A DNA stretch of 64,000 nt from Promethearchaeota archaeon (GCA_048939625.1 JBHLPH010000006.1:32001-96000); one strand, 5' to 3'. Numbered from the stretch's first letter, positions 37,037 through 47,874 are shown. Notes: a model not told the origin generated them from the letters alone. A program made the numbers and translations.

Positions 37037-38161
37037 ATGTTTGATAAATTCAAAGAGTGGTACGAAAACCGTCACGACTATGCAAAGGCATGGAAAAAAC
37101 AAACGGGCGGAAAAGTACTCGGTTATTTTTGCACTTATGTTCCAGAAGAGCTCATTATTGCAGCCGATATCCTTCCCGTTCGCATTTTAGGTAGCCACGA
37201 GGCACAAGATGTAACCGAGCCCCATATCTTTGGAATGTTTTGTCCCTTTTGCCGTGACTGTTTAGCTCAAGGTTTGAAAGGTCGATTTGATTACCTCAAT
37301 GGCATCATGATTGCTCAATCGTGTCTTCATATACGCCAAACGTACAATAGCTGGGTCAAACACGTTCCACAAGAGTTCAGCTATTACATGTATATGCCCC
37401 ATGGAATCCAAACCCCCCATGCCTATCCTTATTTGCGGGGTGAATTGGAAGAAGTCAAGAAAGCTTTGGAAAAATGGATAGGACGCTCCATTTCAGACAA
37501 AGACATAGATCGGGGCATTGAGGTGATGAACAAAAATCGACAATTAATGAAACAAATCTATGAGTTTCGGAAACAGGACAATCCACCGCTGACCGGGCTC
37601 GAAGCGATGTACATGGTTGTTTCCAGTCAAATGGTCGATAAAGAGGAGCACAATCAAGCACTAGAAGCCGTGCTCAAAGAACTACCCAATCGAAAACTTG
37701 ACAGAAACACAGGAACCCGCCTTATGATTATCGGTAGTGAAGACGACGATACAGAATTCGTGAAAATGGTTGAGTCGTTAGATTCTACACTGGTCGTTGA
37801 TGAACACTGTACAGGCACCCGATACTTCTGGAACAAGGTTGAACCCCAAGAAGATCGATTAGCTGCCTTAGCTATACGATACATTGATCGACCTCCTTGT
37901 CCCAGTAAGGATTGGCCTGATCGAAGACGATTCCCACACATTTTGCAAATGGCTAAAGATTACAACGTTCAGGGAGCTCTTGTTATTCAACAGAAATTCT
38001 GTGATCCCCATGAATTAGACATGCCATCATTGAGAGCAATGCTCGAAGAAAATGGTATTCCAACCTATTTCTTAGAATTTGATGTAACCGTGCCAATTGG
38101 ACAGTTTAAGACACGCGTTGAAGCGTTTCTGGAAACGTTTGCACTCCCCGATCTGTTTTAG
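37037..38161 (+). CDS. bzdN: Class I benzoyl-CoA reductase, bzd-type subunit N
   Basis: GYFCTYVPEE, MFCPFCRDCLAQGL, HCTGTRYFWN, QQKFCDPHELD, GQFKTRVEAFLE; start ATG 37037. Confidence 0.93.
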   Translation: MFDKFKEWYENRHDYAKAWKKQTGGKVLGYFCTYVPEELIIAADILPVRILGSHEAQDVTEPHIFGMFCPFCRDCLAQGLKGRFDYLNGIMIAQSCLHIRQTYNSWVKHVPQEFSYYMYMPHGIQTPHAYPYLRGELEEVKKALEKWIGRSISDKDIDRGIEVMNKNRQLMKQIYEFRKQDNPPLTGLEAMYMVVSSQMVDKEEHNQALEAVLKELPNRKLDRNTGTRLMIIGSEDDDTEFVKMVESLDSTLVVDEHCTGTRYFWNKVEPQEDRLAALAIRYIDRPPCPSKDWPDRRRFPHILQMAKDYNVQGALVIQQKFCDPHELDMPSLRAMLEENGIPTYFLEFDVTVPIGQFKTRVEAFLETFALPDLF

Positions 38162-38170
38162 GTGATGAAA

Positions 38171-39469
38171 ATGACTGAGAATAAATATCAAACGAAACCT
38201 TTGGATATCTGGAATGAAGGGAAAGCTCTACGACAGCAATACTATGAGAATTATGCAAAAGCTCATGAAAAAAGGGGAATCCGGTGGGCAGGTGGGGCCT
38301 GGGCTTATAGTGCGGTTCCCGCTGGTCTAGGTGACGATGTGTGGAGCCTCACTGGTGAACCATATGGGGCATCAGTTGCGTTCAACAAAGAATTCGCAGC
38401 TAAATGCCAAGAAGCGATAGAAGCGAAAGGATTTGCTCGAGATTTATGTGCGTATTTGAGAAATTATCTTGGTTCAGTTGTATTAGATAAATACGTTTTC
38501 GGTGGCAAATTTCCCAAACCAGATTTCATGTGGACAACTCATATTTGTTGTAGTCACGCGAAATGGTACCAAATCGCTAGCGACCTAGAAGGCGGTATAC
38601 CCTTCTTCTGCATTGATGTAAGCACAGGATTATTTCAGGATTTCAACGAACGGCGTCGAGAGTACGTGGTTAATCAATTGCTGGATGGCATCGATTGGCT
38701 CGAAAAGACCACTGGTCGAGACTATGATGATGAAAAACTAATCCAAGCAGTCTACAACGAATGTGAGGCAACCGCTCTTTGGGCAGAGATTTGCGTATTG
38801 AACAAAACCATTCCAGCACCTCTCGATGAGAAGACAATGTATTCACTCTATGTGTTTGGAACCATTATGAAACATCGCCCCGAAGTTGTTGCATTCTATA
38901 AAAAGCTTCGTGACGAAGTTCAAGATCGAGTCGATAACAAAATCGCAGCAGTAGGTAATGAACAACGCCGGGTCATTACGGACACCCAACCCCCTTGGGG
39001 CTTCCTCGAGGTTTTTCGATACCTTGAATCATATGGTGTGGTGTCAGTAGGATCGCTTTACACTTTTGCATTGATTGGGGCATGGGAAGTGAAAGACGAT
39101 GGAACTTGGGGCCCCAGAACAACCCCTCAGGAGCAAGGAATTGACATTACAACCAGAAAGCAAGCACTTGAGGTTTTAGCTGATTGGACCCATTCTCGAC
39201 CTGAATGGCAGCATTTCTATTCCGCCCATGAAAAAAGCGACATGATGCTCCGCATTGTACGAGAATGGAACGTTGATGGCGTTATGTTGCATTACAATCG
39301 TGGATGTGAAGGTTTATCATTGAATATCGCAGAGAACCGCCTCGCTTTCAAAGAAGCAGGCATCCCTGTTCTTCCCTTCGAAGGTAACATGGGTGATGAA
39401 CGAGAGTTCGACTTAGAACGCACCAAGAAGGCCGTGGATTCCTTCTTGGAATTATTAGGAGTCAAATAG
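38171..39469 (+). CDS. bzdO: Class I benzoyl-CoA reductase, bzd-type subunit O
   Basis: [55 protein letters not shown]. Confidence 0.93.
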   Translation: MTENKYQTKPLDIWNEGKALRQQYYENYAKAHEKRGIRWAGGAWAYSAVPAGLGDDVWSLTGEPYGASVAFNKEFAAKCQEAIEAKGFARDLCAYLRNYLGSVVLDKYVFGGKFPKPDFMWTTHICCSHAKWYQIASDLEGGIPFFCIDVSTGLFQDFNERRREYVVNQLLDGIDWLEKTTGRDYDDEKLIQAVYNECEATALWAEICVLNKTIPAPLDEKTMYSLYVFGTIMKHRPEVVAFYKKLRDEVQDRVDNKIAAVGNEQRRVITDTQPPWGFLEVFRYLESYGVVSVGSLYTFALIGAWEVKDDGTWGPRTTPQEQGIDITTRKQALEVLADWTHSRPEWQHFYSAHEKSDMMLRIVREWNVDGVMLHYNRGCEGLSLNIAENRLAFKEAGIPVLPFEGNMGDEREFDLERTKKAVDSFLELLGVK

Positions 39470-39482
39470 GAGGTAGACAAAA

Positions 39483-40259
39483 ATGATTACTGCAGGAATT
39501 GACTTTGGCGCAAAGAACGTGAAAGTCGTCATCCTCAATGATGGTAAGATAGTTGGAAAGGGAACTGCACTAACAGGCTTTGATTTGAAAATTGCAGCTA
39601 AAGATGCCTCAGAGATGGCTCTCAAGGCAGCAGGATTAAAACTCGAAGACATTGCACACATCACAGAAACCGGAATTGGTCAAGGATCAGTTGAGTTTGC
39701 TAAGGATAGTATCAGCGAAGTCGGAGCAAATGCAAAAGCAGGCATCAAATTGTTATCATCAGCCCGGACCATTATTGATGTAGGAGCAGAGGAAGCTCGG
39801 GCAGTCAAATGTAATGAATCCGGTGCTATGGAAGACTTTGTCGTGAATGAACGATGTGCTGCGGGAGCAGGTGCATTCGTTGAAGCTATGTCACGTGCAC
39901 TCGAAGTTGAACTAGAGAAAATAGGTCCAATGTCTTTAGAAGCCACTGAAGCAGTTCCTATGAATGCTCAATGTACTGTTTTCGCTGAATCAGAGGTGGT
40001 ATCATTAATTCATGCTAAGACACCAAAGGCGAACATCGCCCGTGCAATACACGATGCGATTGCTGAACGCGTAGTCTCGATGGTGCGAAGGTTGGGGATA
40101 ACAGAAGACGTCCTCTTGGTTGGAGGATTAGCCTATGATGTTGGCTTCGTCGATTCAATGAAACGAGGATTAGGCACGGAGGTTCACGTACCCGAGTCTC
40201 CCGAATATGTGAGTGCCTATGGCGCTGCCCTAGTGGCCCAAGAAAGAGCAAAGAAGTGA
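39483..40259 (+). CDS. bzdP: Class I benzoyl-CoA reductase, ASKHA ATPase subunit P
   Basis: TAGIDFGAK, IDVGAEEAR, NERCAAGAG, QCTVFAESEVVSL. Confidence 0.9.
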   Translation: MITAGIDFGAKNVKVVILNDGKIVGKGTALTGFDLKIAAKDASEMALKAAGLKLEDIAHITETGIGQGSVEFAKDSISEVGANAKAGIKLLSSARTIIDVGAEEARAVKCNESGAMEDFVVNERCAAGAGAFVEAMSRALEVELEKIGPMSLEATEAVPMNAQCTVFAESEVVSLIHAKTPKANIARAIHDAIAERVVSMVRRLGITEDVLLVGGLAYDVGFVDSMKRGLGTEVHVPESPEYVSAYGAALVAQERAKK

Positions 40260-40264
40260 TGAAA

Positions 40265-41155
40265 ATGACAAAAAAGGAATTTTGGAGATGGCCTGAATAT
40301 CGTCATACCGTTGAGGGCATCGACCCTAAGAAAGGGAAGGTGATTAGTGGAGGAGTTGATATTGGGTCTGTTAGTTCAAAGACGGTGATCATGGTTGATG
40401 GAGAAGTCTTTGCACAAAGCGTCATGCGAACCGGGTCCAGTAGTCCTGATAGTGCTGAACGGACGATGAACTGGGCTCTGGAGGATACCGGACTTACCCT
40501 CAAAGACGTTCAATATGTTGTGGGAACGGGTTATGGTCGGGTCAATATTCCCTTTGCACAAAAAGCCATAACAGAAATCGCATGCCATGGACGAGGAGCA
40601 ACCTTCATGTGGGGACCCACGGTCCGAACTGTTCTGGATATGGGAGGTCAGGATTGCAAAGCCATTCGCGTTGATGAAAAAGGAAAGGTTCAAAACTTTC
40701 TCATGAATGATAAATGCGCAGCAGGAACTGGTCGCGGCATGGAAGTATTTGCTGATTTATTATCGGTTCCCATTCAAGAAGTCGGAGATCGGTCCTTTGC
40801 GGTAAAAGAAGAACCCCAATCCGTGAGTAGCACTTGTGTAGTATTTGCCAAGTCAGAAGCTGTTGGACTGCTTCGCAGTGGATGGTCTAAAGACGAGGTT
40901 CTCGCCGCTTATTGCCAAGCCATGGCTCATCGAGTTGTTGACCTGCTAAATCGAGTAGGCGTTGAGAAAGAATTTGTCATTACTGGTGGGATTGCCAAAA
41001 ATATCGGAATAGTTAAACGCGTTGAAAAAGAGCTAGGAATTCAAGCTCTCAAACCAGACCAATGGCGCGATGACCCACGATTTGACCCTATGCTAGCAGG
41101 GGCTGCAGGAGCAGCGCTATTTGCCAGAGTACTCTATGAACGCTCCCAAGGGTAA
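40265..41155 (+). CDS. bzdQ: Class I benzoyl-CoA reductase, ASKHA ATPase subunit Q
   Basis: EFWRWPE N-terminus, GVDIGSVSSK, GTGYGR, TEIACH, DMGGQDCK, NDKCAAGTGRG. Confidence 0.93.
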   Translation: MTKKEFWRWPEYRHTVEGIDPKKGKVISGGVDIGSVSSKTVIMVDGEVFAQSVMRTGSSSPDSAERTMNWALEDTGLTLKDVQYVVGTGYGRVNIPFAQKAITEIACHGRGATFMWGPTVRTVLDMGGQDCKAIRVDEKGKVQNFLMNDKCAAGTGRGMEVFADLLSVPIQEVGDRSFAVKEEPQSVSSTCVVFAKSEAVGLLRSGWSKDEVLAAYCQAMAHRVVDLLNRVGVEKEFVITGGIAKNIGIVKRVEKELGIQALKPDQWRDDPRFDPMLAGAAGAALFARVLYERSQG

Positions 41156-41170
41156 AGCTAGATCATCTAG

Positions 41171-41488
41171 GTGAAAGTGTTGATTGCAAATTACGGGTAT
41201 AAGGATGGTTCCGGGGAATATTTCATAACGCTGGATACGGACAAATGTGATGGGTGCGGGAAATGCGTGGATATTTGTCCCGAATTTGTACTAGAAGTAA
41301 TTCCAAACGAGTTTGATATCGAAGATGGCAACATTATGGGTGTCCGAGAGGAACATCGACACAAACTCAAATACAGTTGTGCCCCATGTAAATCAACAAG
41401 CGCAGACGTCCAACCACCTTGTGCTAATGTTTGCCCAACCCAAGCAATCACTCATTTCCTTAGTAACGCAAAAGGACAGGTCCTCTAG
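41171..41488 (+). CDS. bzdM: Ferredoxin electron donor of BCR
   Basis: IANYGYKDGSGEYFITLDTDKCDGCGKC, YSCAPCK, PPC..VCP; follows bzdQ. Confidence 0.85.
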   Translation: MKVLIANYGYKDGSGEYFITLDTDKCDGCGKCVDICPEFVLEVIPNEFDIEDGNIMGVREEHRHKLKYSCAPCKSTSADVQPPCANVCPTQAITHFLSNAKGQVL

Positions 41489-41554
41489 TCACGATACAAT
41501 CGTTATTAATTCCATATTTCCTGTTCCCGAGAACCACCAAGAAGGTAGAACCCG

Positions 41555-44065
41555 ATGGTTAAACTGACAATAAATGGAATTGAAGCGGAGGTTGATGAAG
41601 GGTCAAATATCCTTACTGCCGCGGAATCTGTGGATGTGTACATTCCTCGCTTGTGTTATCACCCGGATTTAGCATCAGGTGTAGGAACGAAGACCACAGA
41701 TAGCATCTTCCGAGGTAGTCAAGAAATCAAGCACATTGGAGGGGAGATAGAATATGAGGGGTGTGGTCTATGTGCAGTTGAAATCGAAGGACGAGATGGG
41801 ATTTACCAAGCTTGTGATACCCAAGTTGAGGAAGGAATGGTTGTACTCATTGATACGCCAGAAATAATAGCTCACCGTCAAGAGAAGTTGTCATCAATAC
41901 TAGCCTCTCACCCACATGCCTGTTTAACCTGTGCACAACGAGAAGGTTGTGCTCGTGAACCATGCCCACCTAATGTGCCAGTTGATGAAAGGTGTTGTGA
42001 GAAGTTTGGACGATGTGAGCTTCAGAAAGTTGCAGAATTCGTTGGGATCAAAGGAGATACGCCTCGTTACATTCCCCAGAAACTTCCTAAACTCGAAAAT
42101 GAACCTTTGATCATCCGAGATTACAATTTGTGTATAGGTTGCACTCGCTGTATCAGAGCTTGTAGTGACCTTCGTGGTGTTGATGCATTAGGGATGGTTT
42201 TTGATGGTGAGAAGTTAATCGTTGGATCGATTGCTCAAAGCCTAGGCGAATCTGGCTGCAAATTCTGTGGGGCCTGTATTGAAGTTTGTCCCACTGGTGC
42301 TCTATTAGATCAGGAAGTTATCTGGGCTAATCGAGAATTAGCCTTGTTACCCTGCGTCAATAACTGCCCATTAGAGATTGATATTCCGCGGTACCTCAGA
42401 TTGGTAGTTGCAGGCGATTACACGCAAGCTACAGCTGTAATTAGAGAAAAGGCAGCTCTTCCATCCGTGTTAGCCCATGTTTGCCATCATCCTTGTGAAG
42501 AGAAATGCCGTCGAACTGACCTTAATGGTGCTTTGTGTATTTTGAGTCTCAAACGTACAGCCGTTGAGAATGATACAGGCCAGTGGCAATCTAATTTATC
42601 GAATCTATCTTCAACAGGAAAACAGGTTGCAATTGTTGGCTCGGGACCCACTGGATTAAGCGCTGCTTTCTACCTCGCGCGATTGGGGTATGATGTCACC
42701 ATCTTTGAAGAACATCCGGAGCCAGGAGGAATGCTTCGTTTTGGAATACCAACCTATCGACTCCCTCGCACGGTGTTGGATGCTGACATTCAAGTTCTAA
42801 CCAAGATGGGTGTGAAAATTAAAACTAAAACTCCTATCGGTGATGACATTTCAGTTACTCAACTAAAAAACAACTTTGATGCTGTTTTACTTGCCATCGG
42901 AATGCAAGCTGGTAAAAGCTTAATGATCGATGGTCATGATCTTCTCGGAGTACATGGGGGATTGGAATTCCTGAAAAAAGTGAATTCAGGAGAAAAGCCA
43001 GATCTTGGTAAAGAAGTTATTGTAGTGGGTGGTGGAAGCGTGGCAGTTGATGTTGCGCGGACATCCATTCGATTGGGTGCTGAGAAAGTTATGCTTACCT
43101 GTCTAGAGACAGATGAGGAAATGCCTGCGCATGAATGGGAAATCTCTGAGGCCGCGGAAGAAGGTGTAGTGTTTCATACTGCGTGGGGACCTCAGAGAAT
43201 TCTTGGTGAAAAGGGCAGGGTCGTTGGTGTGGAATTGGTCAGGTGTACTTGTGTATTCGATGAGGAAGGTTGTTTCAATCCCAGTTTTGATGAAGAAACT
43301 ACGCAGACTATCACAGCGGATACCGTGTTCTTTGCAATTGGTCAGTCAGTTGATTTATCGAAAATCAGTCTAGGGAGTGATTTGAAACAAACAGAAGTTG
43401 GAACCTTATGGACTAAGGAAAACAGTTGGGAAACACAAGTGAGCGGGATATTTGCTGCTGGAGATGTAGCAACAGGACCAAGCTCCGTAGTTGAAGCGAT
43501 GGCAACCGGTCGTCAAGCCGCTTCACAGATTGATACATTCTTGGGCGGAAGTGGCATGCTTCATGAGGAATTAGCAGGCGATTTGAAAATCACCCACCAT
43601 TTAGGACGTGATGAGGATTTCTACAAATGGAATCGAGCTGAATTACCATTACTGGCTTTAGAAAACCGAAAGTCGTCCTTTGAGGAGGTTGAGCTAGCCG
43701 TTCCGCTAGAAACTGCACAAAAAGAAGCTCTGCGCTGTCTTCAATGTGACCTACGCCTGTTATTGACTCCACCATCTTTGCCTCCTGAAGCATGGCTTAT
43801 CTTTGACGAGGCACACATTGAACAAGTGCCATCAGGGCCCGGCGTATTTATGTTAGCCGACTCAGAAAAGACGGTCCTAATTATCAAGGGTACTGAGGAA
43901 CTTCAAACGGCATTGAAAGAAAAGTTAACCCACCAACCTGCTGCTAAATTCTTCCAATTTGAAGAAGACCCCATGTACACAAAGCGAGAAACCGAACTGC
44001 TCCAACAGTATGTTCAAGATCATGGTAAAATGCCAGGAGAAGATGAGCTTGATGACTTATTTTAA
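41555..44065 (+). CDS. bzdV: Multi Fe-S / GltD-like flavoprotein NAD(P)H:ferredoxin oxidoreductase (BzdV-like)
   Basis: IPRLCYH (2Fe-2S), HPHACLTC, CIGCTRC, CKFCGAC, PCVNNCP, GSGPTG, GGGSVAVD, AGD, RCLQC. Confidence 0.8.
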   Translation: MVKLTINGIEAEVDEGSNILTAAESVDVYIPRLCYHPDLASGVGTKTTDSIFRGSQEIKHIGGEIEYEGCGLCAVEIEGRDGIYQACDTQVEEGMVVLIDTPEIIAHRQEKLSSILASHPHACLTCAQREGCAREPCPPNVPVDERCCEKFGRCELQKVAEFVGIKGDTPRYIPQKLPKLENEPLIIRDYNLCIGCTRCIRACSDLRGVDALGMVFDGEKLIVGSIAQSLGESGCKFCGACIEVCPTGALLDQEVIWANRELALLPCVNNCPLEIDIPRYLRLVVAGDYTQATAVIREKAALPSVLAHVCHHPCEEKCRRTDLNGALCILSLKRTAVENDTGQWQSNLSNLSSTGKQVAIVGSGPTGLSAAFYLARLGYDVTIFEEHPEPGGMLRFGIPTYRLPRTVLDADIQVLTKMGVKIKTKTPIGDDISVTQLKNNFDAVLLAIGMQAGKSLMIDGHDLLGVHGGLEFLKKVNSGEKPDLGKEVIVVGGGSVAVDVARTSIRLGAEKVMLTCLETDEEMPAHEWEISEAAEEGVVFHTAWGPQRILGEKGRVVGVELVRCTCVFDEEGCFNPSFDEETTQTITADTVFFAIGQSVDLSKISLGSDLKQTEVGTLWTKENSWETQVSGIFAAGDVATGPSSVVEAMATGRQAASQIDTFLGGSGMLHEELAGDLKITHHLGRDEDFYKWNRAELPLLALENRKSSFEEVELAVPLETAQKEALRCLQCDLRLLLTPPSLPPEAWLIFDEAHIEQVPSGPGVFMLADSEKTVLIIKGTEELQTALKEKLTHQPAAKFFQFEEDPMYTKRETELLQQYVQDHGKMPGEDELDDLF

Positions 44066-44085
44066 TTGCTCTGAAAATAACTGGG

Positions 44086-44313
44086 GTGCTTTCAATGATG
44101 AATCTATCAGATAAAGAGCTAGAACAACAAGGGTGGGAGAAACGGTTCAGTGTCGAAGAACATCGTGCTGAAGAATACAAAGCGCATTATGAAGAATTAG
44201 GCTTCGAAGTTCTGATCTTACCAACTGCGGAGGTTGAGACAGACAGAATCTGTAATGAGTGTATTCAGTCTGAAACATGTTCCCTTGTAACAATCTTCAC
44301 AAGACCCAAATGA
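44086..44313 (+). CDS. Small conserved hypothetical protein
   Basis: GWEKRFSVEEHRAEE..AHYEELGFEV...CNEC...TIFTRPK; same strand as and just after bzdV. Confidence 0.65.
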   Translation: MLSMMNLSDKELEQQGWEKRFSVEEHRAEEYKAHYEELGFEVLILPTAEVETDRICNECIQSETCSLVTIFTRPK

Positions 44314-44332
44314 ATGGCGTATCTTGTTACTT

Positions 44333-45205
44333 CTAAGAGTTTAGTTTAAGTAATTTGATAGCGTTCTTGCCAAGAATTTGTGTCTTTGCTCTTTCACCAA
44401 TATCCAGGTTTCTAATTGCTTCGATATTTTCAGCAATACTAAGAATTCCAGGCCAGTCGCTACCAAAAAGCACCTTGTCAGCAATTATTTCAAGTTGTGG
44501 AAAGTATCGTAGTAAATTCTTTGGTGGCAAACCAGAAATTTCAAGATAAACATTAGGATGGAGTCGTGTAACAAAAAACGCCATATCAAACCAAGGACCT
44601 CTCCCACCGTGTACAACAATCACAGGCAGTTTAGGAAAGTCTGAAGCTATATCATCTAAGAACAGTGGATTTCCATACTTCAACCGAGCACCAGGGAAAA
44701 CACTGGTCCCAGTGTGAAACATAACAGGAATGCCGAGAGTCTCCGCTGTTTCATATAACATTCTCAATTTCTCCCATCCTTGGGAGGTTGCATATGCGTT
44801 TGGATAGAAATGCTGGTATGTTGGATAAAGCTTCAATCCGCGCATCCCTAGAGTTCCAACAGCGTTTTCAAGGGTTTTAGTAGGGTTGGGATCTTCGGTG
44901 GGATCAACAGAACAGAAAGGGATGAGACGGTCCAAATGATTTTCACAAAACTCAGCAACGAATTCATTGGTTACCACGCCAGTAACTTCGGGTGAAAGTT
45001 CTGCTAATACTACTGCCCAATCTATTCCGCATTCATCGAGCATACTTATGATATTCTCTGGTGTCATGATTTCATCTTGAATTTCATAAAGCCCCGGATT
45101 TAATTCCTTGAAAAGCGCATGAATTGCCGGATTCCAGTGATCCCGTTTTCCAACGTGTAAATGAAAATCAACCACTTTCATCTTTTTGACGGAGTTGGAG
45201 GTCAT
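44333..45205 (-). CDS. Amidohydrolase_2 family metal-dependent hydrolase
   Basis: DFHLH, GLKLYP, FHTG, VVHGG, YLEISG, LFGSDWP. Confidence 0.9.
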   Translation of the reverse strand: MTSNSVKKMKVVDFHLHVGKRDHWNPAIHALFKELNPGLYEIQDEIMTPENIISMLDECGIDWAVVLAELSPEVTGVVTNEFVAEFCENHLDRLIPFCSVDPTEDPNPTKTLENAVGTLGMRGLKLYPTYQHFYPNAYATSQGWEKLRMLYETAETLGIPVMFHTGTSVFPGARLKYGNPLFLDDIASDFPKLPVIVVHGGRGPWFDMAFFVTRLHPNVYLEISGLPPKNLLRYFPQLEIIADKVLFGSDWPGILSIAENIEAIRNLDIGERAKTQILGKNAIKLLKLNS

Positions 45206-45355
45206 CTATCATCATCCATCTTAAATTCGAAGTGATATAACTGTTGATATGAGTTCTACTTAGAATAGTGGTTGTGGCTAAAAGGTTTTATTTTGGTAAA
45301 CTCTCTCATAGTCACTTCCATTATACTTTTGCCCATTATGATGGTGTAATTAGCA

Positions 45356-47263
45356 ATGAGTAATTCTCCCATGACCGGTAAACCTGGTGAAACGGTTATT
45401 GGATTAGGCAATGACGCTATTGCTCGCGGAGCCCTCGAAGCAGGTGTCCAATTTGCCACAGCGTATCCTGGTACACCCTCTTCAGAGATACTAGGAAATT
45501 TAGCCACGATTTCCAAAGAATCTGGTATCTATGTAGAATGGAGTGTCAATGAGAAAGTCGCTTTTGAAGCCGCAACCGCAGCAGCTTGGACTGGTCTCCG
45601 TGCCATGGCATCTATGAAAGTCAATGGGCTTTTTGTTATCCTCGACTCACTTGTTAATATCGCCTATACTGGTCATGGACCGGGTGGACTGATTCTGGTA
45701 GTAGCTGATGATCCCTTTGCTCACAGCTCCACAACTGAGGGAGATGCGCGACCTCTAGGCTTCTATTCAGATATCGTTGTACTCGAACCCTCCACGCATC
45801 AAGAAGCCAAAGATATCATTCCTTACGCCTTTGAATTATCCGAAAAACAAGGCGTCATTGTCATGGTTCGAGAAACAACAAGACTAGCCCATAGTCGTGC
45901 TCCTTTCAAACTAGGAAAAATCAATCGGACTCCAAGAATTGCCAAATTTGATTATAATCTTCCATTACATAATCTCCCTCGCCCCCATTTACGACATAAA
46001 GAGCTACATACACAATTAGAAAAAATTCGTGACGAATTCGAGCAGTCAACCTGGAATCAGTATGATGGACCAAGTAAACCCTCCTTATTGATAATTACCT
46101 CCGGTGTTGCTTGGAAATACGTGCGAGAAGCTGTAGAAATTCTTCAATTACAGGACGTTGGCATTCTTCGAATTGCCACAATTTCTCCATTACCGAGAAG
46201 AATGATTCTTGAAAAATTAAAAACATCCACTAATGTGCTCTTTTTCGAAGAAGTTAATCCATATTTAGAACTACAAATAACCGGTCTCGCCTCAGAACTG
46301 CCTTCGAAGCGCATTCCTAACTTTTTCGGTAAGTTTTCTGGTCATATTCCAAGTTATGGTGAAGTTGATATCAATCTAGCAATCAAATCAATAGCCGCCA
46401 TTAAGAAACTCAAGTATACTCCTGTTCAGGAAGAGTACATCAACATCGCAACAGATGCGGCTAGTATCCTTCCGAGACGGATACTCACCTTCTGCCCTGG
46501 CTGTCCACATCGACCTGCCTACTATAGTATTTACAGAGCTATCAAACGCAACAAAGGAAAAGGTATTGTCACAGGAGATATCGGGTGCTATTCATTAGGC
46601 GTGTTTTACCATAACATAATGCGTAATCAGCATTCAATGGGTGCCGGTGTAGGAATTGCTAGCGGTCTTGGTAAGTTAGAACAATTTGGATTAAAGGACC
46701 CGGTCATTACAGTGATAGGTGATTCAACTTTCTACCACGCCTGTCTCCCTGCGTTAGTCAACATCATCTATAATCAATCAAAGGCCATCGTATGTGTGTT
46801 AGATAATAATGCTACGGCAATGACGGGATTTCAACCACATCCTGGTACAGGCTTGACCGCAACAGGTGATATGACTTCAACGGTTCCTATAGAGGAAGTG
46901 CTTCAGGGCATTGGGTTTCAATCGATTTCCATAGTTGATCCCTTCAACATCAAGGAATCAATTGATACGGTTTACAATGCATTAATATCAACAGAAAGTC
47001 AAGCTCTTGTTTTTCGGAGAGAGTGTGCATTAATTACCAATCGACGAAGGCGACAAAAACAAGAGCCTACGCCGCAGTTTGTAGTTGATACAGATAAGTG
47101 CTTAGGAGAAAAATGTAAGACCTGTTCAGTGGAATTTAATTGTCCTGCTTGCGTCTGGGACAACGACTCTAACAAAGCCCAAATCGAGATTACCCTCTGT
47201 AATGGGTGTGGTGTGTGTGTCGACATATGTCCACACAATGCCATCCATGAATATAGGGAGTGA
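45356..47263 (+). CDS. iorA: Indolepyruvate:ferredoxin oxidoreductase alpha subunit
   Basis: GNDAIARGA, YPGTPSSE, WSVNEKVAFE, FCPGCPH, GDIGCY, IGDSTF, DNNATAMTG, C-terminal Fe-S. Confidence 0.92.
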   Translation: MSNSPMTGKPGETVIGLGNDAIARGALEAGVQFATAYPGTPSSEILGNLATISKESGIYVEWSVNEKVAFEAATAAAWTGLRAMASMKVNGLFVILDSLVNIAYTGHGPGGLILVVADDPFAHSSTTEGDARPLGFYSDIVVLEPSTHQEAKDIIPYAFELSEKQGVIVMVRETTRLAHSRAPFKLGKINRTPRIAKFDYNLPLHNLPRPHLRHKELHTQLEKIRDEFEQSTWNQYDGPSKPSLLIITSGVAWKYVREAVEILQLQDVGILRIATISPLPRRMILEKLKTSTNVLFFEEVNPYLELQITGLASELPSKRIPNFFGKFSGHIPSYGEVDINLAIKSIAAIKKLKYTPVQEEYINIATDAASILPRRILTFCPGCPHRPAYYSIYRAIKRNKGKGIVTGDIGCYSLGVFYHNIMRNQHSMGAGVGIASGLGKLEQFGLKDPVITVIGDSTFYHACLPALVNIIYNQSKAIVCVLDNNATAMTGFQPHPGTGLTATGDMTSTVPIEEVLQGIGFQSISIVDPFNIKESIDTVYNALISTESQALVFRRECALITNRRRRQKQEPTPQFVVDTDKCLGEKCKTCSVEFNCPACVWDNDSNKAQIEITLCNGCGVCVDICPHNAIHEYRE

Positions 47264-47874
47264 ATGGTTTGAATTTTGATGATCCGTTCAACATTGTGAT
47301 TGCAGGTGTGGGAGGTCAAGGAAACGTTCTCTCATCCCGTCTTATTGCAGATGCTGCAATTACTAAAGGATATTTTGCCACAATTGGCGAGACCTATGGA
47401 GCGGCTCAGCGAGGTGGGTCAGTGATGTCTCATATTCGGATAAGTAAAGAGGATATTGGACCCCTTATTCCACATCATTCTGCTCACCTGCTCCTTGGCT
47501 TTGAACCCATCGAAGCACTACGCGTTGGTGCCCGCTACCTTAATCCATCAAGCACCGCTATCGTGAATATGCACCCTGTATATCCCGTTGAAGTACTGAC
47601 AGGTCAACTTGAGTATCCCCCTATTAATGAAGTTAAAAAGCGGCTCAATCAGCTTTGTTCACAACTATTTACCCTCGATGCAGTAGATTTAGCTCGAAAG
47701 GCTGGAGATCCATTAGTAATGAATACTGTGATGGTCGGGGCATTTGCAGGAGCTAACCTTGCACCTGTTAATGCGTCTCCACTCGAGAAAGAAATCGCGA
47801 AGCTTCGACGACTGAAAGAGGTTAATTTGAAGGCTTTCAAGCTTGGCGTTGATGCTATTAAGAAAAAGGCGTAA
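47260..47874 (+). CDS. iorB: Indolepyruvate:ferredoxin oxidoreductase beta subunit
   Basis: AGVGGQG, ETYGAAQRGGSVMSHIR, FEPIEALR, NTVMVGA; overlaps the iorA stop. Confidence 0.92.
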   Translation: MNGLNFDDPFNIVIAGVGGQGNVLSSRLIADAAITKGYFATIGETYGAAQRGGSVMSHIRISKEDIGPLIPHHSAHLLLGFEPIEALRVGARYLNPSSTAIVNMHPVYPVEVLTGQLEYPPINEVKKRLNQLCSQLFTLDAVDLARKAGDPLVMNTVMVGAFAGANLAPVNASPLEKEIAKLRRLKEVNLKAFKLGVDAIKKKA

